Source of the DNA: Sphaerodactylus townsendi
Taxonomy: Eukaryota
DNA: 64,000 bases
Assembly: GCF_021028975.2 (NCBI RefSeq)
Contig: NC_059426.1
Location: 72,788,001 to 72,852,000, forward strand
Direction of reading: 5' to 3'
The notes below the pieces were generated by a model that was not told the DNA's origin, did no database searches, and saw only the letters and a list, made by a program, of their open reading frames with translations. This document shows, one piece after another, positions 14,412 to 27,700 of the stretch; positions within the stretch are counted from its first letter, which is position 1, and each line of letters opens with the position of its first letter. The position numbers were made by a program, and so were the translations under genes.

Positions 14412-14802
14412 TGTTGGGGTGAGCCTGTGAACAGACAGTGCACAGGAATGCCTGCGCCATCTGTAGCCCTCTGGGCAAGCACCCTGACCGGTCACAAGAC
14501 CCCCGTGACTCACAGGTCACAAGATGTCCTGGACAAAGGAACAAAAGGTGCATACCCCCAGGTATGGATTAGGCCCAGACAGGAACGTTTCCTCTCGCAC
14601 GTCCGCAGCCCCTATGAGTCATGTATTGTGCAACATTCTCCCGCTCTCCCGCCTTCCCGAAAACCCTAATAAAAGGTGCCAGGAACCGCCAGCTCAGCAG
14701 AGTAGCCAGATCCACGGATCACGCTATATCGCCACTGGCTTCTCTCCACCAGATGATATCGCTGCGTCTTGCCTATTCCTTGCGTCGCCCGTAACGACTT
14801 CA
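14412..14802 (+). mobile_element. Solo LTR of an endogenous retrovirus (391 bp)
   Basis: Begins TG (tgttgggg), ends CA, exact 6-bp TSD GCTAAC (14406-14411 and 14803-14808), AATAAA near 14668, CpG-rich. Confidence 0.85.
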
Positions 14803-15397
14803 GCTAACCATTATGTCCATGTCACAGGTTACTAAAATAATGCTTGTAGAAAGAACTGTTCTTAAAAAGCAAAGCATGTACAATTCAACACAAGTTATCA
14901 TGACCCAGCAAAGCAATATGTCCAGATTTGAACAGGTAGAAAGGTAATTGGTTACACATGAACAGTTAGACTGTTCATACATGGTCTTTTGCTACAGTAA
15001 GTGTTAGGAACCATATACCATTGTGCAAGGACAGCCAACACCAGAAGAGTTGCAATTGCTTATTTTAGTTGATAATTTTGATTTTAAGTGAGCTGCAAAA
15101 ATAAAAAATGTACATAATTGTAGAACATCACATACAATGGCACAACAGCAAGTAAGGAACAGGTAGTTCAGAGAAGACAATGTCCAGCAGCCAATGGCAA
15201 GAACACTTCAAGCCTGCAAAGAAGCCAAATTACCAAAGAGACCCAGGAGCACTGACAAGATGACTTCTTGCCGGAAAAAAAACTTTTTTTACTGCACCAG
15301 TTCCAGTAACGACACAGTGAAGAGAGAGGCAACAGGGATCCAAATCTCATTGGAAAATCACACGAATATGAGTCACTGTGCTTGAAGTAGCTTCACT

Positions 15398-18300
15398 TCA
15401 TCTGCCTTCCTGAAGCAAGGGCTGTAGAGGAAACAGATCATGAGCAATTCTTTAAAACTTAGCTCCATCCCTTACCTTGATATATTAGTTTCTCCATGGC
15501 TAAATATTCATTATGGGCAAGGTTGCCCAATTTTGTCTTTCTGCTGGTGGGGAGGGGCTCAGACAAGGGGTCTATCCCCTCCAAATTCAGTTTGTCCTTC
15601 TTCCTTGGGCTATGATGTACAGGTAAACAATTATTTTAGTTTTATATGTGAGTGGGAAGGGCAAACATGATAACACTCACAATATTTAATATCAGCAAGT
15701 TGTTCTGGAAATATCAGAACAATACTCCCAATATTCAATAAGACAAATGCCCTGCCCCACACACAATAGTAAGGGAAAAGAGACTACAAGGAAGTACCCA
15801 CATGATGCTTGTATTGGGCCTTGACCCTATACATTTAAAAGGTATAGACCTGGCCTTTGTACTGGGGAAACCACATCTTGCTTATATAGAAAGCAATGGC
15901 CTTCAAATTCTCATAGGGCCAAGCTCTGACTCAGCACTCGGTGATCTCTAGCTGCTACTGTGTCCCTGACACAACTCCCAATTCTAGAGTTATTAGGAGT
16001 GAAATCAGAAATTGAACTCATGTTGAAGACACAGAAGAAGTCTGATATTGCCACCATAACACCCTAAACATCAGGTATCTTATTGAGTCGGCATTATCTA
16101 ACTGCACACAAGCAGTAAGAATTAGCAAATCACCACTATTCCTATTGTCAGAGCTGAACTCGAAGCCCAGTCCTCATCATTTCATTCGTAATATACTTTT
16201 CCATCAACTGCCTGTTTCTTCAAAAGGCAATTCCTAGAAAAGATGTGTGTGGGGAGAACTTTTGAGATCTCATTCCAATGAAACAAAGATCTAGCTTGGA
16301 AACATAGAAATGAATAGTTTGTGTGTGTATATAAGTGTTATTTGGTAAAAATGGTAAAAGCAATTATATGAGATTAAAAATGATATTAAAACCAGTACTA
16401 AAACAAGCAAAAAGCCCACTAAAACATTAAAAGTAATACATCATGGTAGCAGGAAATAATATTAAATATGGCCCTAACTCCCCCCCCCCCAAAAAAAAAA
16501 AAAGGCAGAAGCTTTGCTGAAAAGCCTAGGTAAAAAAATCTTTGACCCTGAAGTGATCCTCAAGGCAAGGTACCACCACTGGAAAAGCTCCATGTCTGGT
16601 TGCCACTGACTTTCCTGTAGGTACAGTACAAAAAGCTGGACCTAGAAGGATGATCTTAACTAGTGAATGGGAGAGTATGGAAGAAAGTAGTGCTTCAAGT
16701 GCTCCAGTCCTAAGGCATTTACAGTGTTTAATGGTAATGGTAAGAACCACCACTTCAGATTGCGCCTGGGAACAGCTCTTCAGCTTGTGAATTTTTAAGG
16801 GCCCTTTTAAAATTCACAAGGACAAGTTGCACATGGTGGTACTGGCCACAGAATTCAGCTTCCATGGAATCTCAGAAGTAGGTTCCAAGTACATAGGAAA
16901 GACAGGCTTGAAAATTATGTAGGCAACATCTGGCAAAATCATATAGAAGAAAAGAATGGTCAAATAGGCAATACATTTCATTGGAATTTCAAGCCCTTGG
17001 AATAACACTGTCTCCTTAGCATGAGCAGATTGTTATGCAACATAACACGCAAATCATGGTCACAGTTTGCCAGAGGCGTATTGGGGAGAAATGACGCCCG
17101 GGGATAAATTGCCTGGGGGCGTGGCCATGCCTCCCCAGATCCTGCCCCCAGTCTCAGTGCTTATAAAAGCAGCTCTCAGAGGCCAAGAGACAGACAAGGG
17201 AGGCAGCAGCCATGCCCCCTCGACTCTGCCCATGTCGATGACAACATGGGCGGGGTGGGGGGCAGGGCCCGATCTGACGCCCCACACTTGACCAAATAAT
17301 TTGCGCCCCATGTCGCCATTACCGGTACGCCTCTGCAGTTTGCAGAATTCAGCTACTTCATGCCTTTTAAAAAAAAAATTAACAGAGCATACATAGAGGC
17401 CTGCCTGTGACGGCTGCCAATGAATCACTGGGACAAATTGAATTTGTTTTGCCTGCAGTTCGAAGCATGCTATGTTTATTCCCTAAGAGACTTATACTTA
17501 TCTAATCTGAATTCCTTTCAATTGGCTGGATTTTTTTTACCTCTTGTATGTCTTGTGAATTTGCATCTGGACGCTTCCATGCAGACATAGCAAGAGCCCA
17601 TAACACCAAGAGCCCATAAATCAGGATAAGTAACCCCAAGATGTTAGCAAACCAGGCTTCTGCAGGGAGATTTGAGTATGGTGTTGTTGAATTTGTTCTG
17701 TGGAAAGAAACAAGAATCATAGCCAAAAGAGGTCTGAAGCTGGCCTTTTTGGATCACATGGAGCCTCTTGGGCAACACTTAGAATATGAATGAAAATTAA
17801 AATAATAAGGATACTCCAAGAAGAAGAAGAGTTTGGATTTATATCCCCCCTTTCTCTCCTGTAAGTATTGTGTAATACTACACAAAATGAGCCTGCACCA
17901 GATAGCTCACAAGAACCTCTGCTGTTATCTAACATGGAGCTCCTGCCAAAATCTTTGCTGTTACCCAACGATGAGCTTCTGTTCTTAGGAAATTTCATAA
18001 CAAGTTTAATGTTACTTGTGGACTACAAACCTTCAAAAGCAAGATTTTTGCAAGTTTACTATAATGCTGCTCTTGTGACTTCATTCTAGTTGAGTTGTCT
18101 GTAATAGTGGTTATCTTTATAAATGTTACCAACAAATATATAGACACTGATGATCTTGGTCATTATTGTTATAGTGGTTTGTTTGGATTTATGTTCTTTT
18201 ATTGTTTCACACATCCCAGCTCCCTGTCTTGGTTGCTACAGATAGGGTTGTGAAAGCTGAAAATGCAACAACAGCAGTCTGTATCATTAGTAATCTTACA

Positions 18301-20614
18301 TGCTATGAATCATGAGTCATATGAGGCCATTTCTGGCGGCATCCATATAGCTAACTGCCTGCTTTGATTCTCAATAGTACTAGCCAAACAAACCACAAAA
18401 AAGGTCCACAAAAATAATGTGAAGGAAAATAAATTCTGATGCAGAGATGCTCCTTTACAGGGGATGCCACTTCGTTTTCTTCAATTTTCTTTTTTAAAAA
18501 AAATATTTCTATTTTCTCAAATAAAAAGACAACATACAACACACACATGTATATAAAAGAAACAAAACACATCCTATTACACATCGTACAGTGACTTGCA
18601 GCTATCTCATCTTTGACTACAGGTAAACTCTAACTTTAATGCATATACTCAACATGCTGATTCAGTAATTCTTTCTTAAACATCTACTGATAGTTACAGT
18701 CTACTGTTTCAAACCCTGACACAACTTCTCTATTTTAATACTTTTTCAAAAGGTATTCTGTAAAGGATTTCCAGTCTTGGAAAAAATTGTCCAAACTGTG
18801 TTTTCTTTGATCTTTTCCAGAAACTGAAGTGGGAGAATACCTCCCTTCTTGATAATGTCTCATGATGAGTTACAAAAGGAGCGTTTCTGGTTCAAAATAC
18901 TTCTTGATAACTTTTTTTTATATTTCATTGAACAGCTTTGCATCTTGGTGGTTGCCACTTGTGTTGGTTTCATTGGTGCAGTCTTCCTGCCGTACAATTA
19001 TCTTTAGAGAGACTACCTGTTTGTATTTCTGAAAGTTAATTATTGCTTTCATAATTCAAAACAACTGATACCTATCTGGACCAGCACCTTTCATTTGGTC
19101 TTTTGATGCTGAAAAGCAAGCCTTTTTTTTAACTTCAGTGTCTCATTCACCACCCATTATTTGGGACCCAAGAAACATTTATTTTCTCCAGCTTACAATA
19201 TCTGCCCCCCCCCTTTTCTCTCTTGCTTCTTTTAACAACTGCTGCCTTCTCCCCCAGTACTCACAGTCTGAAGAACAGCTTCTCATTAATGCCAGAGATA
19301 CAGGCTGCCATAACTACAGAAAGGATGGCAGAGCCAAAGAAAACATGGATGGGCTTGTAGAGGGCTCGCAGCCAGATGGGGGCCCAAGGTAGCAGGAAAG
19401 ATGCAAATCCCATTAGCCACTAGGTGAAAAAAATAAGAATTGGGATTTTTATCAAACAACAATAATGGAGAAAGAACCACACATGGTATCGGTATGGGCA
19501 TCTAAGAGTTTTACAAGCAAGATTATTTTAATACTTCACATTTATTAACTGCTTGGTAGCCCAAAATCAGAAACTAGGTTTTGGAGAAATCTAAATTTAG
19601 ATTTGTTACTTGGCATGCTGCCTCAGATGCCATGATTTTGGAAGGGAGATTAGCTTAGGGAGTGGGGGGAAAAAGACAACCAAGAAGGAACATACAACTT
19701 TTGAAAAGGGTGTGTGAAAAATGTGTAGTATTCATTGTCTCAAAATATAAGGCCATGAGTGAAAGGTCAACCAATGTAATTGACAGGCAAACCAAAGGAT
19801 CTCATCACACAATGCATAACTAATTAATGGAATTTATGGCTGCAAGACACTGTAGAATCCTTTGGCATAAAAGGTTAATAAGTATTGAGGTAAGAGTACA
19901 GGTCTACCCAGTGATTATCTGCCTATTAGGAGAAATGTAACATGTTGAAAGTGCATATTTCTGACCATGAGATTCCAAGTACAAAATCAGCTTCCCCTAA
20001 GCACCTGGTTGCCACTGCCAGAGAAAGATCTGCGCTATCTGGACCATAGGGCTGATCTACTTAACTATTCATTGAGTTTTACTCACCTGGCAGGAGAAAA
20101 GCACTACAGCAGTTAGCCCCAGCCAGCTGTGCAGTGAGTACATGTTGGGGATCTTCTTTTTGTTGTGAAACTCAAAGACAGCAACCAGCCCCAATATGAC
20201 AAGGAGAAATGCTGTCAAGGTCAGTCCTGCATGGAGCAGCTTCCATGGAAGCTTGGGCCCCTCCCAGGAAAGGGGCACACGATATACCAGTGCCGCTGCA
20301 GGGAGGAAGAAAGAGTTGTTAGAATCAAGTTTATTGAGACACACTTCCTACCCATCCACCAAGTCATTTCCATTCAAATGCCAATGGAAAAGCAAATAGT
20401 AGGCTGGATTCAAAATGTCTTCCCCCTTACCTGAGCCATATAAGACCAACATGCCTGTTACCATAAAAACTGGATGCCAGTTGAACATTTCAGAAGAACC
20501 ATCCCAGGCAAAGCCACCAAGCCAGTGTTGGCTCCAGAATCCTGTCAGTCCCACACAGAGAATCCCCAGAATTCCAAGCAGGATAGAAAATGGCAGGAAC
20601 TGGATACCAGGCAT
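15398..20614 (-). CDS. CYB561A3: Lysosomal cytochrome b561 family member A3 (ferrireductase), 5 coding exons
   Basis: Exons 20614-20431 (MPGIQFLPF...FNWHPVFMVTGMLVLYGS), 20295-20087 (...KLLHAGL...NMYSLHSWLG...SCQ), 19419-19265 (WLMGF...KPIHVFFG...GINEKLFFR), 17697-17541 (TPYSNLPAEAWFAN...WKRPDANSQDIQE) and 15421-15398 (PLLQEGR*). Four heme-ligand His and the SLHSW motif are present; all GT-AG and in phase; synteny with TKFC and TMEM138. Confidence 0.96.
17071..17335. mobile_element. Non-autonomous hAT MITE in CYB561A3 last intron
   Basis: TIR CAGAGGCGTA/TACGCCTCTG; exact 8-bp TSD cagtttgc. Confidence 0.88.
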
Positions 20615-21741
20615 CTCACTACTAGAGGGAAGAACACCTGAGAAAAATAAGAGACCAGCTAGGTTTAGGGCTCTTTGTTAGATCACAGCATTCATCACTT
20701 TTACTTCCCACATGGCCCTGCTTGATCTTCTGGATCAGCTCTGCCTTCCTTCACTCTGCAGCACTGCTTTGTGTTCTACACACTTTATATTGGCAGTTTT
20801 ATAACCCAAAGAGGGAGGAGTTCCTGTGACTAGTTTAGGGAAGTAGCTTTAAAGTGCATAACTAAACAAGTGGAACATCAGGAGGAGAGCTTCCAGATCT
20901 CCCTGTGCTTATTCAAGTAGATCACAGTCTAACTAAAATGCTGTACTTTCAGAAGCCAAGATGAACAGCTAGTAGCCAGACTATCACACAAGGTATCCAT
21001 AACTTGCAGAGTGTGTCCTGATAAAATAGCTGGACATACACAGTGACACCTCCTTTCCACTAGGCAGAAGAGGCTTAATTGATTTCCTTAGATAAGGAAG
21101 AGGTTTTCCTGTCACTGATATGATTTTTATCCCTCCAAGAGTCAATTTGCACAGAAAATCAACAGGATTGTTAGCCGAATTCTCAATTTAGTATTCATCT
21201 TATTTTTTTTAAAAAAAAACTAACAGGGGTCATACACACAAAAGCACCTCCAGCTCTACAACAATCCATGAAGAACCAGAACCCACAATTGATCAAGAAG
21301 GAAAAAAACCCCACTTAAATAAGTCTGGTGAGCCAAAATCTAGGTGCCACAGCTACACAGAACTAACAAGTGTGCCATCCTAATACCAAGGCTACTCCAT
21401 CAGCCAAGGGAAACATTTATGTCAATCACACTGGGATCCAAAGAGAATAACTTGATCTAAGAGACAACAAAAATGAACTACTCTCAGTTACGGACCGCAA
21501 TTTTATCTGCACACCCAACAGTACTGCATAGAGGTTGCACCTGCAACTTTTACTTCCTGTAACAGTCCTGTAAGGTAAGTCATGAGATTCCCTCAATTTC
21601 TGCTTTCGTACCAAAGTTAAGAAGCTTATGCAAATAGTTTAGCAAGGGTGCAAGCTATTTTTTAGCAGTTGCATCCTGTGTGATATTTTGTGGCGGGGGG
21701 TGGGGGAAATCCACATTGTATGTTAGGCTATGATGCCTAAC

Positions 21742-21881
21742 TCCTGCTGTAAGGTGTCTGTAACTTGTGATTATCTGTATTTAGAGACAAACATGACAAA
21801 TCAGCCAAACTGATTTTGCCGATTTGTCATGTTTGTCTCTAAATACAGATAATCACAAGTTACAGACACCTTACAGTAGGA
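21742..21881. repeat. Near-perfect long inverted repeat (about 61-68 bp arms)
   Basis: tcctgctgtaaggtgtctgtaacttgtgattatctgtatttagagacaaacatgacaaatc is followed after a short spacer by its reverse complement (one mismatch over the core arm). Confidence 0.95.
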
Positions 21882-22649
21882 ATAAAGAATCTATTGCCCC
21901 ATCTATGCAAACAGTCTTACTTTTGATGCAGACCACAAAAGAAAGTCAGTTGAGAGTGGCTTGCCAAAAGCCCCCCACATCCTAAAACCAGCACTGTGCT
22001 CTGAAATCATGTCTAAGAGGACTGTTCACAAGGCTGAGTTAAGTGGACTGTATGATGGCACTGTCCACTCCATGTAATTTTTTGCTCCCTTCACTTTACA
22101 AATGCTAACTCTTCCCCACTTCCAAAGAGGTTTCTTCATACTGTATCACAGCCGTTTTGCAGACAGTTACTCTGTCATAAGCAGGAATTCAAGAGCCTGA
22201 TAGGACGACAACTGGAGGCTGTGGATACATTATGGACGTAGGGTTATAGGAATCAAGCTAGAGTTCACTCATTTGGGCTCAGTGGTCCATGCAAACCTTC
22301 GGCTTTTATTGTGTATAAGGCTGATTTTTCATGCCAAAATTGCTCCTCTGTTGGCATGGGGAATGCCCCGATGCAATCGGGAGTTTTGCACAGCCTCCAG
22401 TGCTGCAGCTATTTTACTCATTCAAAAATGGCCATTTATTACGGTGTCTATCCACCCCCTTCGTATACAATGACATCACGCTGGCGTCAATGGTCACATC
22501 ACTCCATTTCATCCTCACAACATCCTGGTGTTGTAGGTTAGGCCGAGTCACAGCAAAAAAATGACGACCATAAAGAGAGAAAGAAATACTGTAACACTTA
22601 TCCTTTCTTAACACTTATCCCCACAGCAACTAACATGCAGCCTTGTAAC

Positions 22650-23700
22650 TAAGAAAATGCATGCGACTTCACCTCGCTTCCGTCTTACGCGCAGGGGATG
22701 TCGGGAAAAGTAGTTCCAATGCGCTGTCGACCCTCGACTACAGCTCATCATCCGAAGCCGCAGAGACCCCCACCCCACGTCTTCGCAGTGTTATGAGCCG
22801 CCCAATCAACATATCCGGCATGGAGATCGATGGATTTCTGGGAAATGTAGTTTCCGTGTGAAACCCGAGACCTTCGCGTCATAAGGACTAGGGGACACGA
22901 TGAAATTCACTTTCAAGGGAAAAGTTACATGGCATTGAGCGAGGGAAGCTCTCTCAATCAAATTTCTGCTTGTCAAACTCAATCAGCCATTAAATGCATA
23001 GGCGAAGTCTCACGGGGGGGAGGGGGGGACACCTCGGACACTTACAATCTCCTAATAACTGTGTTACTACAGAATCGGGCTATTAGTACCTTGACCCTAT
23101 GCGATGACAGACGCCCTTGATTATTGAAATCAATGAGTTTAGGATCGGTCTGTAGAATACTATCGTCTGCAACCCTATTACTTAGAAATATTTAGAATCT
23201 CAATAAAAAAATAAATAAACAAACAAGGGTCCAGAGGCACAGACGATATTTATAGAACCCATCCGGCTTTGAATCTGAGTTCCGCCGTAAAGAGGGGAAA
23301 AGGAGCGGCGAGACAGGGAACATCTCTATAGTAACCACACGTGAGGGAACGTCCGATTAGGCGGTCTCCTGCGCCTCCTCAAGCGGCCGTTCTGTCTCTC
23401 TGTCTCTATGGCGCTGTCCCCATGGAGACCAAGACGGCGAGGTGAGTGTGGGGCGCGGCGGGCGGCGTCTGCCATGACTCGGGTGGCCGCTGCTGCTCTG
23501 TGGGGTCTCGTGGGGCTGCGGCCAGTTCAGCTTCCCGACTTGACCCGCGGAGGGGATGCTGAAACCTCACGAAAGGGAGCGTCGTGAAAGGAAGAAGTGA
23601 AATGTGGGAGGTAGGTAGAGAGGGAGGACGAGACAAGAGCAGATCCCCGACGCGGTGAGAATGCACACGTGACGGACAAGATCCGGATTCCGTTACTTTC
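22650..23700. promoter_or_regulatory. Bidirectional CpG-island promoter of CYB561A3 (-) and TMEM138 (+)
   Basis: CpG-dense; ZNF143/THAP11-type motif ACTACATTTCCCAG on minus strand at 22838-22851 with a variant near 22701-22716; E-box CACGTG near 23338; probable non-coding first-exon donors near 22672 (-) and at 23442 (+, AG|GTGAGT). Confidence 0.85.
23416..23429. promoter_or_regulatory. RFX X-box at the TMEM138 first exon
   Basis: GTCCCCATGGAGAC fits the palindromic X-box; a second X-box-like ATCTCTATAGTAAC lies near 23322. Confidence 0.7.
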
Positions 23701-24713
23701 CTGTGTGTTATAAGACCTGTGCTTCTTTCCCGGGTGTCTTCATTTTCTCCACCTCGTGGTTTGTTTTCCTCATTGTGGCAGTTCGAGAGAAATCACGAGT
23801 TGTGTTTGTTTTTTCTGTTTTAGCAATAGTAAAGTCCCTTGTGCTCTGAAAGGTGCAGGAGCAATGCTGGGTAAAGCCTACTTTCGATTCTGCTCCCATT
23901 TGAAAGCAAGGTGCCTTCATTCACTGACATTGTCATTGTTTGGCTGTTGACCTTCTCCTGGAGGTGCTTGGCTGTGTGACATAACCAAGATCTGTAATGC
24001 ACCCGGCAGTGGAAAATTAGCACTGATGTGCTCCTTGGGGCTGGCGTTGCAAATGTTGCTAATCTTGCTGGAAGCTCCCAGGCTACATAACATCATCCCA
24101 CTTGGTGGTTTTGCCTTCCCGCCCCCACCCGTTTGATATGTTGTGTAATGTTCTTGGGTCATTTGCAGCTTTCTCTTCAAAGTTCTGTTTGTGATTTTGT
24201 TTCATAAAGCATTACCTCTCTTTCACTGTCCGGCCTTTGATCTGTTTTGGCTCTGTGGGGAGGTCTCTTAATTAGTCGTGTGGTACTCTGTTCATGTTTA
24301 CAGTGAGAAGCTGCAGAAAAAGTATGTGTGTGAAATGATGGGATCCCTCCCTGTATAAGAAAAACCTTGCTCATGTCCCCTAAGTCTTCATACTGGAAGA
24401 GGCTTCTTTTCTTTGCTTGAAATTAGGCTAGCCATACCTTAATTTTACTTTGCATCCCAAATCTTGATCTAGATGCAGGTGCATGCTTAAACTGTTTAGC
24501 ATATTGAGCAGGCCAGTATTATCTGCAGTCTTATGAAGGAGCTGGTTCACTAGCTATTGTTAATTACATTTTCTTATATTCTTTTACAGGTTTGAAAACT
24601 AAGTCTTAGGGCGATGGTATAGTTTTGAAAAGTATATGACTTCCTGTTGAATATGAGCTGGCACCATTGTCTGGGATGCGAACCCTGAGGTCCCACAGTT
24701 CCAGGCAAGGAAG

Positions 24714-27700
24714 ATGCTCCAAACCAGTAGTTATAGCCTGGTGCTCACCTTGCAGTTCTTACTGCTGTTTTATGATCTCTTTGTCAACTCCTTCTCTGAA
24801 CTGTTGCGCACGGCCCCTGTCATCCAGCTTGTACTGTTCATGTGAGTATGGCAGGATAATATATGTTTGTGGTTATTTATTTACTGTTTCAATTTATGTA
24901 CAGGGTTTGGACAGGTTAGTTGCAGTTGCAAAACAGATCACAAGTGCAAATTGGGGGTGCTATTAGGTCTGGCCCACATCTAATAATTATTTACTAGTGC
25001 ATGGCACTAAGTGCACCTTTAAGAACCTTCAGTTGGTTCACTAGCTATGCCCTTTATAGAAAATGTGGCTTGCAGTGCAACCTTTAGTAGAGTTACACCC
25101 ATTCAAATAAATGTACTGTGGTATCATCCAGATTAGATTACTGAAATGTGGTCTGCATGGTGCTGCCTATGAATATAGCTCACACCTACAAGTGCAGCAA
25201 CCTAAATAAAATGGAACCTATTTTGCCAAAGAGCTCCATTAGGTGCCAGTTCAATTTAAGGCACGTTCAAAGCATTACCTCTTTTATAAGCCAGATAATG
25301 GTGATAAATCTTAATATGTGCATTTTTACACATTTTTTACATAAGAAAGAACACATTAAGTTTAGGCTTCTCATCTCATAAAATAGGAGGTATTGAAATT
25401 ATACCAAGGAACATTTGGATTACTACACATTCCTAAAAAAACTATGTAGCATCAAGAATAGCAGAAGCCCAGATCTTTTATGACTTTGGAATGTATGTGA
25501 ATGTAAATATGCCTGTTCCCACTTGAACTTGTTCATTACTGAGATCTTTACAAGTCTTCTGTACCTTCATGTTCAGAGACAAAGTAGCTGACAAGACAGT
25601 TTCTGTTTCGACTCCTTGTCTACAGAATTCTCTACCCACATCCATTCACCTGGTGTCTACAGTATTGAACTTAAGGCACCAGGTGAAATTATTTTTATTT
25701 ACTCAGACTGTTGTTTGGACATTGTTTTTGGCCTCTTGCTGGTATTAGCTGAAGTGTGATATGTTGGTGGGGGGTTTCAAAACTGGGAAGGTAGAGGAGG
25801 AACAAGATGAGGTGGGCGAGGAGGCTCTGGGAAGTAATGGTGAAGCTGGGTTTGCCTCTGTGTAATATGTGAAATGGCTATGAGTGCAGACTGTTGCTCA
25901 CTAATGGTGTGTGTTTATAAATATAAAACATTAAAAATGGAATATAAGCTTGTTTAGTGTTAACTGTGGTGAGATTTCTTGTGTCTCATGCTGGGGGTTC
26001 CTGAAAAGTACAGTAGTCCCATTTTTAAAAGTTTGAGGACTAATGGTAAACAGTTTAGTTTTTAAAGTACTTGTTTTAATTGTTTATTTTATTTTTGTTG
26101 ATATTGGATTTTTTTAGCTGTTTGTAAGCTGCCGTAAGAACTTTGTAGTCTAGCTGGCCCATTAGAAGTGTTTTGAGAGCTAAAAATCCATCTCTAAAAG
26201 GCAGAGAGTAATGGAGGAGCCAGATATGTGGTTTGTTTTCAATCCTTGGATAATGCTACAGACTAGTTTTTGAATAAGTGTCTGGGAACAAAGACCTTTA
26301 CAACATGGTTTTGTGTGTGATTACTCAGAAATTAATCCCAGTGAATCCTATTTGATTTACTGTGTCATAAATGTGCTTCAGAATCGTAACCTTAGTTCCA
26401 GTTCTCTTAAGGTGTCTCTCATACAAAATGAAAGAAGAGGGATCTCATAACCTGGTTCACACATTAACCCAGGGGCGAAGCAAGGGGAAACTGCACCTTG
26501 GGCATGTGCATGGTCTGCGCCCCTGCCGCGGTGCCTCCTGTCCCGGAACACCCCTGCTATAGCCAGGCCATACCCCCGCCATGGCTCTGCCTGAGGCGTC
26601 GCCCCCCCTTCCCATTGGTGCGACACCACTGCATTAACCGTATTATAATAATCACCAAGTATTTGGGGAAAGCAGACCAGAAGAAAACATGAAGCTTAAA
26701 TTGACTTATTTCAGCAGCATGGTTTTAGCATAGCCTTGGTATTTTATGCATAGGTGGTTGAGGAATAACATCCAAGTGAAAAGTTGTGCAGGAGAGATTT
26801 TTGTAGTTATTTTAATGTATTTATTGTTCTCCAATTATTAAAACACTGTCCAGGAATGTGTAAAGGCATTCATCAGGCTTTGTCTTTCTTTCCACAGTAT
26901 TCAGGATATTGCCATCCTCTTCAACGTTATCATTATCTTCCTCATGTTCTTCAATACTTTCGTCTTCCAGGCTGGCCTGGTTAATCTCCTGTTCCACAAA
27001 TTTAAAGGAGCCATTATCCTCTCAGCAGCATACCTTGCTTTGAGCATATTCTTCCACGTCTGGATTATGGTAAGGCAGGATAGCATTCCAGTTATGTCTG
27101 GCTCATAAATCAAGCTGTTTATATTCATTATCACGGAAGCCCAAATTCTGAACATGAGTAATGGAGAAAGCACATAAAGCATGTGCAAGCATGCTTCCCA
27201 GCTCCTTCAACTTGTGGTTTTGATTAATGTGGAAATCCAAAGGAAGGCACTAAACAAAAAGCTATATTCTGTAAGAGTAGAGATGAATAGGTTGCAAAGA
27301 CCTACTTCATTGTAGGCAGCGTCTACAAGACTCATCTCCAAACCAACTTCCATAATTATGGTATTTTCTTTAAACAACCTGATACTTCCAGGTTTCTACA
27401 CTTGCTGCCACCTTTAGTGCAATGTACAGATCAGTAACTTTGCCTGTAGGATGAATGGGAGAGCTTCCAGAAATACAAAGTTAGTGTGATTCCATTAATT
27501 ATTCTCTTTGTACATGAACAAAGACCAATAAGACATCAAATATGCTGTCTTTTTTTCTCTCTTATGCCTCAGAAGGTTCTTAGTCTAGTATCTATCTCTC
27601 TGGTCTGTTATAATCTTAATCATGGAAGTCTTGTGGGTGGTCAAGTGCAAGAAGTTAGATTAGATGACCCAAGTAAGTACTTTTGGCATTGCAATCTGAG

